This document shows, piece by piece, positions 28,154 through 33,207 of a stretch of 33,207 nt of DNA. The notes beneath the pieces were generated by a model. The model was not told where the DNA came from, ran no database searches, and saw only the letters and a list, made by a program, of their open reading frames with translations. The stretch is from an uncultured Bacteroidales bacterium. GTDB lineage: Bacteria; Bacteroidota; Bacteroidia; Bacteroidales; UBA4417. The stretch covers positions 1 through 33,207 of the forward strand of contig CAIXAQ010000759.1 in assembly GCA_903917425.1 (NCBI GenBank), written 5' to 3'. The position numbers were made by a program, and so were the translations under genes. The first letter of the stretch is position 1; each line of letters starts with the position of its first letter.

Positions 28154-30805
28154 TCACACCGGAAGTTTAAATCTCATTATTATCTCTCCGGTCTGTTTGT
28201 TCACTTCTATCGTTTGGCTTTCGAGACCCATATCTTTACCTGTCGACATTTTGAAAAGACCGGCAAGAAATTGCATACCACTATTCATAACCTGTTCAAT
28301 TTCGATAGTTTTTTTATCCTGAACCTCAGTTTCACCAGATTTTTCGGGCGTTTGTACAGCCGCTTCAGGCTGAATTTCTTCCCGCTCCTCCAGCACGTTG
28401 ATGGAGTCGGATTCGGGCAGGTTGTCTTCGATTGAACTAATCTCTGTTTCGGCTACAGCCAAAGCTGGTTCGGATGCGTCGGCTTTTTCAGTTTCGGCAA
28501 TAAACTCTTCTAATTGTTGAATAAACTGGGAACGGCCTTTGGTCGAGAAATCGACCGAATTGGTTTCGCTCGAACCATCAAGCACGCCATCGAAAAGGTT
28601 TTGCTTTACCAGCAAGCCGGATGCAATCTGCGACTCGATGGAGTTGCGGGTAATGAAATTAAAAACAGTGAGTTTGTTGCTTTTCTGCCCCAGGCGGTCG
28701 ATGCGCCCGATGCGCTGGTTCTTTTTGGCCGGGTTCCATGGAAGTTCGAAATTGATAAGTGTGTCGGCAACCTGGAGATTCAGACCGGTTCCCCCGGCTT
28801 CGGTGGAAAGAAATATTTTGCAATGCGGATTAGTTTCGAATTTGCGTATCAGTTCGCCCCGCAGTTTCACCGGAACGCTGCCGTTGAGTTCGGCAAAACC
28901 GATGTTGTTCTCGCGCAGAATATGCCCGATAAGTTTGTGAACCTTTATCCATTCCGAAAAAATAATGATTTTACGATCCGAATTTTTCACATCCAGTTTC
29001 TCGAGAAGTATGTATTTCAGTTCCTCTAATTTGGGCGACTCGTTGGTTTCTTCATCAATCAGGTACGTGGAATCGCACACCATGCGCATGCTTGCCAGCA
29101 GAAGCTGCAGTTTTTGCAGGTCGTAAGGGGTAAGGAATTTCTTACGTATAATCTGCGCAATACCTTTTGCGTACCCAGCGTGGTAATCAGCCTGTAAGGG
29201 CGATAAATTCAGAGGCACGTTTATCTGCTGCAGGTCTGGTAACTGGTCCAATACTTTCCTTTTTTCGCGTCGTATCAATATGGGTTCGAGCCGTTTGTTC
29301 AGGTTTTGCAGGTTGTAATACCCGTTTATCTTGTTGTGTTTTTCGGGATCGAACAGGCAATGCTGGTACGAAAATTCCCACAAAGGCCCGAAGAAATATG
29401 GGTTTATGGCTCCGACGATAGAAAAGATGTCAATCAGCCGGTTTTCGATGGGTGTGCCGGTAATAACCAATACATGTTTGAAGTGTAACCTGCGGATGGA
29501 CGAAGCCGTTTTTGTTTCGAAGTTTTTGATGCGCTGCGCCTCGTCGAGGATCAGGAAGTCGAAACCTGCCTTGTTGAGTGCCAGGTGGTCGCGAAGGATG
29601 GTTTCGTAATTAACTATAAAAAAGAAGTGATCCTTGTCCTGGTATTGTCGTTCGCGTTCGTCAGGAAGTCCCTGTATGACCAAGGCTGTTTCATCCGAAA
29701 ACTTTTCGATCTCTTTTTTCCATTGCTCCTTCAGCGAAGCCGGGCAAACCACTAACGTCTTTTTGAAATCGAAAATATTCTTTTTCAGAACAGCTGTGGC
29801 AATGGCCTGTATCGTTTTCCCCAAACCCATATCGTCGGCAATAATAACAGCCTTGCGGAAAAGGGCAAAATCTACTCCTTCTTTCTGATACGGATAAAGC
29901 TCTGCTTTTATGGCAGAATAATCGGGGTCATAGTCTGCTCTTAAGTTTTCGAGTACCTCTTCTTCAAAAGCAGATTCAATTTTTTCCTGCACTTCGGGCC
30001 TGATGCGTATGCGCGGGTACTGCCCGGCAGCTTCAATAAAACCGAGGAATTTTTTAAGTTCAGAGTCTTCGATAAATGACGATTTTTTGAAATACCTCGA
30101 TATCAGAAGTTGCTCATCCACTGGCATGGTATGTGGGTAATGCCAGGTGATTTTATATTCGTTGAGCGGATCGCAAAACACCTCGATGAAAGGAAAAGTC
30201 TTGTTCAGCCTGTCGTAAAGAGCTTTGTCCTCTTTCAGTTTTTGAAAAGCGAACATGATATGCTTGGTAGTACCCAGTTTGTTGAGGCGCGAATCCATAC
30301 TGTCGCTGTAGCCGGTTTCATTTTCGAAATCGCGCAGAAAGACTTTATATTTTATCCCGGTATCGCTCATCAGGATATGGTCACCGTGGATATTCGCGGC
30401 CCATTTCATGCGGTATTTGGCTTTCATGGCTTTTTGCATGCGTTCCTCCATCACCCTCTTTACCATTCCTTCGCGGGTGTATTTCTTGTGTTCAACAGGC
30501 TCTTTGGGATCGAGAAACTTCAGTTCATTTTCGACCTGAAGCAAACAAGCATAGGTATTCCGGTTCCAATCCACACGAACACCGTCCTGAGCCGGAAAAA
30601 CATCCTCATCCATAATATGAAGCGAATATTCAACCTGACCGCCACCGTTTAGAGAATCGACAATCAGTTCGAATTTGACTCCCGATTGCGATAAAACCTG
30701 GCAATCGTTGTTATTGAAAATAATTTCGCCTAACGCAAGTTCCTTTCTGTCAGGAATATTTTGAAGTTTATCTATCTGTGTTTTAATTACTGACTTTATA
30801 TCCAT
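28154..30805 (-). CDS. SNF2-family DNA-dependent ATPase/helicase with ~300-aa N-terminal and acidic C-terminal extensions
   Basis: 883-aa ORF. Blocks present are [27 protein letters not shown] (I), LILDEAQRIKN (II, DEAQ), ITGTPIENRL (III) and QRIGRIDRLGQ (VI). The C-terminal ~150 aa are Glu/Ser-rich. Confidence 0.9.
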   Translation of the reverse strand: MDIKSVIKTQIDKLQNIPDRKELALGEIIFNNNDCQVLSQSGVKFELIVDSLNGGGQVEYSLHIMDEDVFPAQDGVRVDWNRNTYACLLQVENELKFLDPKEPVEHKKYTREGMVKRVMEERMQKAMKAKYRMKWAANIHGDHILMSDTGIKYKVFLRDFENETGYSDSMDSRLNKLGTTKHIMFAFQKLKEDKALYDRLNKTFPFIEVFCDPLNEYKITWHYPHTMPVDEQLLISRYFKKSSFIEDSELKKFLGFIEAAGQYPRIRIRPEVQEKIESAFEEEVLENLRADYDPDYSAIKAELYPYQKEGVDFALFRKAVIIADDMGLGKTIQAIATAVLKKNIFDFKKTLVVCPASLKEQWKKEIEKFSDETALVIQGLPDERERQYQDKDHFFFIVNYETILRDHLALNKAGFDFLILDEAQRIKNFETKTASSIRRLHFKHVLVITGTPIENRLIDIFSIVGAINPYFFGPLWEFSYQHCLFDPEKHNKINGYYNLQNLNKRLEPILIRREKRKVLDQLPDLQQINVPLNLSPLQADYHAGYAKGIAQIIRKKFLTPYDLQKLQLLLASMRMVCDSTYLIDEETNESPKLEELKYILLEKLDVKNSDRKIIIFSEWIKVHKLIGHILRENNIGFAELNGSVPVKLRGELIRKFETNPHCKIFLSTEAGGTGLNLQVADTLINFELPWNPAKKNQRIGRIDRLGQKSNKLTVFNFITRNSIESQIASGLLVKQNLFDGVLDGSSETNSVDFSTKGRSQFIQQLEEFIAETEKADASEPALAVAETEISSIEDNLPESDSINVLEEREEIQPEAAVQTPEKSGETEVQDKKTIEIEQVMNSGMQFLAGLFKMSTGKDMGLESQTIEVNKQTGEIIMRFKLPV

Positions 30806-31106
30806 GATGATAAGATTTAGTGTATTTATTTTCTGAAGTCAGAGAATAGGTTTAAGGCTTCAAATATACTTAAGATTTTTTGTTTTGAGGTTACGTGGAT
30901 ATTACATCGAAACCGATCGGCAAAACATTTGGCGGGAGACTCCGGGCCTTCATTTTCGAAATCAGAATATTTTCGACTTCAATATTTATTAATTTTCCTG
31001 GTCGTTAGTCCCGACAAATCTTCTTAATTTAGCCTTTGGAATAAAGATGACAATCCTTTGATTAGCGCCTTTTGGGAGCAACCAATTTTTTTTTAACGTA
31101 AAGTAT

Positions 31107-32609
31107 ATGAATAAATTACCCGTTTTTATTTTGATCAGTTTTGTATTTGCATCACACCTTTTGGCACAACAAATTTCCACACCCCTCGAGAAGAACAAGT
31201 ATCAGAAAGTTACTTCGTATGATGAATTGTCGGCATTTGTCAATTTAATGGATGAAAAATCGGGTCTGGTAAAAGTTGAAATCATAGGGCAAAGCGTACA
31301 GGGAAGAAATTTATATGCTTTGAAGTTTTCTACGTCGGAATTCGGACAGGATAAATCGAAAATCAAAGTTCTTTTTATGGCACAGCAGCATGGCAACGAG
31401 CAATCGGGCAAGGAAGGGGCATTGCTCTTGGCACAAGCCATGCTTAAGCCCGAAAACAGGTACCTGTTGGATAAAATTGATCTCGCGATCGTTCCGCAAA
31501 TGAACCCAGATGGCTCCGAAGCCAACAAAAGGCGTAACGGGAATGCCACCGACCTCAACCGCAATCATCTCATTCTTTCCGAACCCGAAACCATGGCTTT
31601 GCATCGGTTTTTCGACAAATACCTGTTCGAAGTTACTATGGATGTGCATGAATATTCGCCTTATGGCGAGGACTGGGAAAAATATGGTCACCGTAAAAAT
31701 GCCGAAGAAACTCTTGGCGGTACTACCAATCCGAATGTTTCGGAAAATATCAGGCAAATATCGGAAACCGAAGTCCTGCCTTTTGTTCTTAACTACCTGA
31801 GCCAGAATAAATATACGTCTTTTGAGTACTGTCCCGGAGGACCACCGGAGATAGATTATATCAGGCACAGCACATTCGATATTAACGATGGCAGGCAGAG
31901 TTTCGGGATATTGAATACTTTATCGTTCATACAGGAAGGGAAAAACGGCGAAGATAATTTTATTGAAAACCTGCAACGCCGGGCTGAAGGACAAATGTGC
32001 GGTATGCGGGGCATGTTGGAATATGTAAGCCTTCATAAAAATGAAATTAAAAAGATGGTTGAATCCGACCGTAAAATCCTGGTTTCCGGTAAATCAAATC
32101 CAAAGGTTTCCATACAGTCGGATCATTTCGGCAACGGGCAGAAACTTTCCCTTCCTATGTACTCATATTCGACGCATAAGGATACAGTCGTGATCGTAAA
32201 TGATTACCGGCCGGTGGTAAAAACGCTGTACGATGTGCAGAAACCTGAGGGTTACCTGGTTCCCAAACAAGCTAAAGACCTGGTGGAATGGGTTGGTAAA
32301 CATGAACTCATCATTACAGAATTCAAAAAACAGAAAAACCAGGAAATTGAGCAGTATTTTATTAAAGGTATAGATTCAATTGATTTTGAAAGAGATATGA
32401 TAATTAATCCTGTGGTTGAGACAAAGATTTTTGAAGGTGAAATTAACGCTTCCGACTATTTGTTTATTCCTACAGCACAACTAAAAGGCAATATGATAGT
32501 GTTGGCACTCGAACCAAAATCGGAACTCGGCCTTGTAACCTACGAACCATTCAGGTATTTGCTTAAAACCGGGGAAACTTTTCCAGTGCTGAGAGTAGTG
32601 AAGAAGTAA
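31107..32609 (+). CDS. Secreted M14-family zinc carboxypeptidase
   Basis: 500-aa ORF with signal MNKLPVFILISFVFASHLLAQQ. It carries QQHGNEQSG (HxxE zinc motif), NPDG, DLNRNH and MDVHEY (third zinc ligand region). Confidence 0.85.
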   Translation: MNKLPVFILISFVFASHLLAQQISTPLEKNKYQKVTSYDELSAFVNLMDEKSGLVKVEIIGQSVQGRNLYALKFSTSEFGQDKSKIKVLFMAQQHGNEQSGKEGALLLAQAMLKPENRYLLDKIDLAIVPQMNPDGSEANKRRNGNATDLNRNHLILSEPETMALHRFFDKYLFEVTMDVHEYSPYGEDWEKYGHRKNAEETLGGTTNPNVSENIRQISETEVLPFVLNYLSQNKYTSFEYCPGGPPEIDYIRHSTFDINDGRQSFGILNTLSFIQEGKNGEDNFIENLQRRAEGQMCGMRGMLEYVSLHKNEIKKMVESDRKILVSGKSNPKVSIQSDHFGNGQKLSLPMYSYSTHKDTVVIVNDYRPVVKTLYDVQKPEGYLVPKQAKDLVEWVGKHELIITEFKKQKNQEIEQYFIKGIDSIDFERDMIINPVVETKIFEGEINASDYLFIPTAQLKGNMIVLALEPKSELGLVTYEPFRYLLKTGETFPVLRVVKK

Positions 32610-32685
32610 TTTCAGATAGGAATGGTACTAAAAGAAATTCTCCTTTTGAAAACCCCTAAACCCAAACCCCCAAACCCTAACACCT

Positions 32686-33207
32686 ATGAGAATCGACCGA
32701 ATTGAACTCCGTCACACCAAAATGATACTGGTAACTCCGTTTGTAACCTCGATGGGGACAGAATATGATGAACAGCACATTATGGTGCGTGTTGATGCCG
32801 AAGGCGTCACAGGCTGGGGCGAGTGCGTTGCCGAAGAAACTCCTTTTTATTCGTACGAAACAGTGCCGACTGCCTGGCATATTCTGAATGATTTCCTGAT
32901 TCCGTCAATCATTGGAAGAGATATTGCCAGTGTGGAGGAAGCCATTGCAAGTTATGCCAAGGTTCGCGGACATATGATGGCCAAAGCCGGGTTGGAAGCT
33001 GCATTGTATGATGCTTTCGCAAAGTCAAGAGGAATCTCTTTGTCAAAAATGCTTGGAGGAACACAGAAAAAAATTAACGTGGGTGTAAGTCTTGGTATCA
33101 GCGACACGGTTCCTGATTTGCTTCATGTTATGGAAAAATACATGAAAGAAGGCTATCAGCGTATTAAAATAAAAATTGCCCCGGGCCGCGACCTGCAATT
33201 TATTGAA
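32686..33207 (+). CDS. Enolase-superfamily o-succinylbenzoate synthase / N-succinylamino-acid racemase-type enzyme (partial, continues past the right edge)
   Basis: The frame is open from the ATG at 32686 to the window end (174 codons) and is absent from the ORF track. MRIDRIELRHTKMILVTPFVTSMGT...GWGECVAEETPFYSYET...GHMMAKAGLEAALYDA...VGVSLGI.DT...L......Y..EGYQRIKIKIAPG is collinear with Amycolatopsis NAAAR/OSBS as I recall it. Confidence 0.8.
   Translation, partial: MRIDRIELRHTKMILVTPFVTSMGTEYDEQHIMVRVDAEGVTGWGECVAEETPFYSYETVPTAWHILNDFLIPSIIGRDIASVEEAIASYAKVRGHMMAKAGLEAALYDAFAKSRGISLSKMLGGTQKKINVGVSLGISDTVPDLLHVMEKYMKEGYQRIKIKIAPGRDLQFIE

Noticed and set aside
32651-32685. Telomere-like CCCTAAA-type C-rich motif upstream of the enolase start. 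A related CCCAAACCCTAAACCC lies at 8298-8313 upstream of the cyanophycinase-type gene.
   Set aside because: There are only two or three degenerate units in a bacterial intergenic context. They are more likely G-poor leader sequence of this genome than a functional repeat. I noted it only because the same words occur in two 5' leaders.

Overview
This is a densely coding chromosomal segment that looks like Bacteroidota. The basis is a SusC/SusD pair, TAnnTTTG-type -7 boxes, no obvious Shine-Dalgarno sites and lipoprotein-type signal peptides. I support 22 protein genes, two of them cut by the window edges. From left to right they are: a partial SNF2 helicase that the ORF track omits because it runs off the edge; a SusD/SusC-like outer-membrane pair divergent from yfcC, a secreted S51 cyanophycinase-type peptidase and an IadA-type isoaspartyl dipeptidase; a PA-domain M28 peptidase; an 81-aa Pro-rich secreted mini-protein; a Methyltransf_32-type SAM methyltransferase; a tight run of serine-palmitoyltransferase-like alpha-oxoamine synthase, SDR and UbiA-like membrane protein; an MbfA-like iron exporter; an S66 LD-carboxypeptidase; YraN; a DEAD-box helicase; a Bro-N protein; a fructosamine kinase; a 1061-aa LruC-domain lipoprotein with four tandem Ig-like modules; a full-length SNF2 helicase; a secreted M14 carboxypeptidase; and a partial OSBS/N-succinylamino-acid-racemase-type enolase. 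I found no rRNA, tRNA, CRISPR array, integrase, transposase or recognisable defence or toxin-antitoxin module. Two candidates for an undescribed system stand out. One is a Sus/RagAB-like locus that seems built to scavenge cyanophycin or isoaspartyl peptides. The other is the SPT-SDR-UbiA-like lipid module at the centre of the window. Several structured intergenic repeats are also worth a look: a nested palindrome with mutually exclusive folds, a 3-copy 17-nt element, and perfect tandem direct repeats. All functional calls come from motif recognition by eye and no database search was possible.
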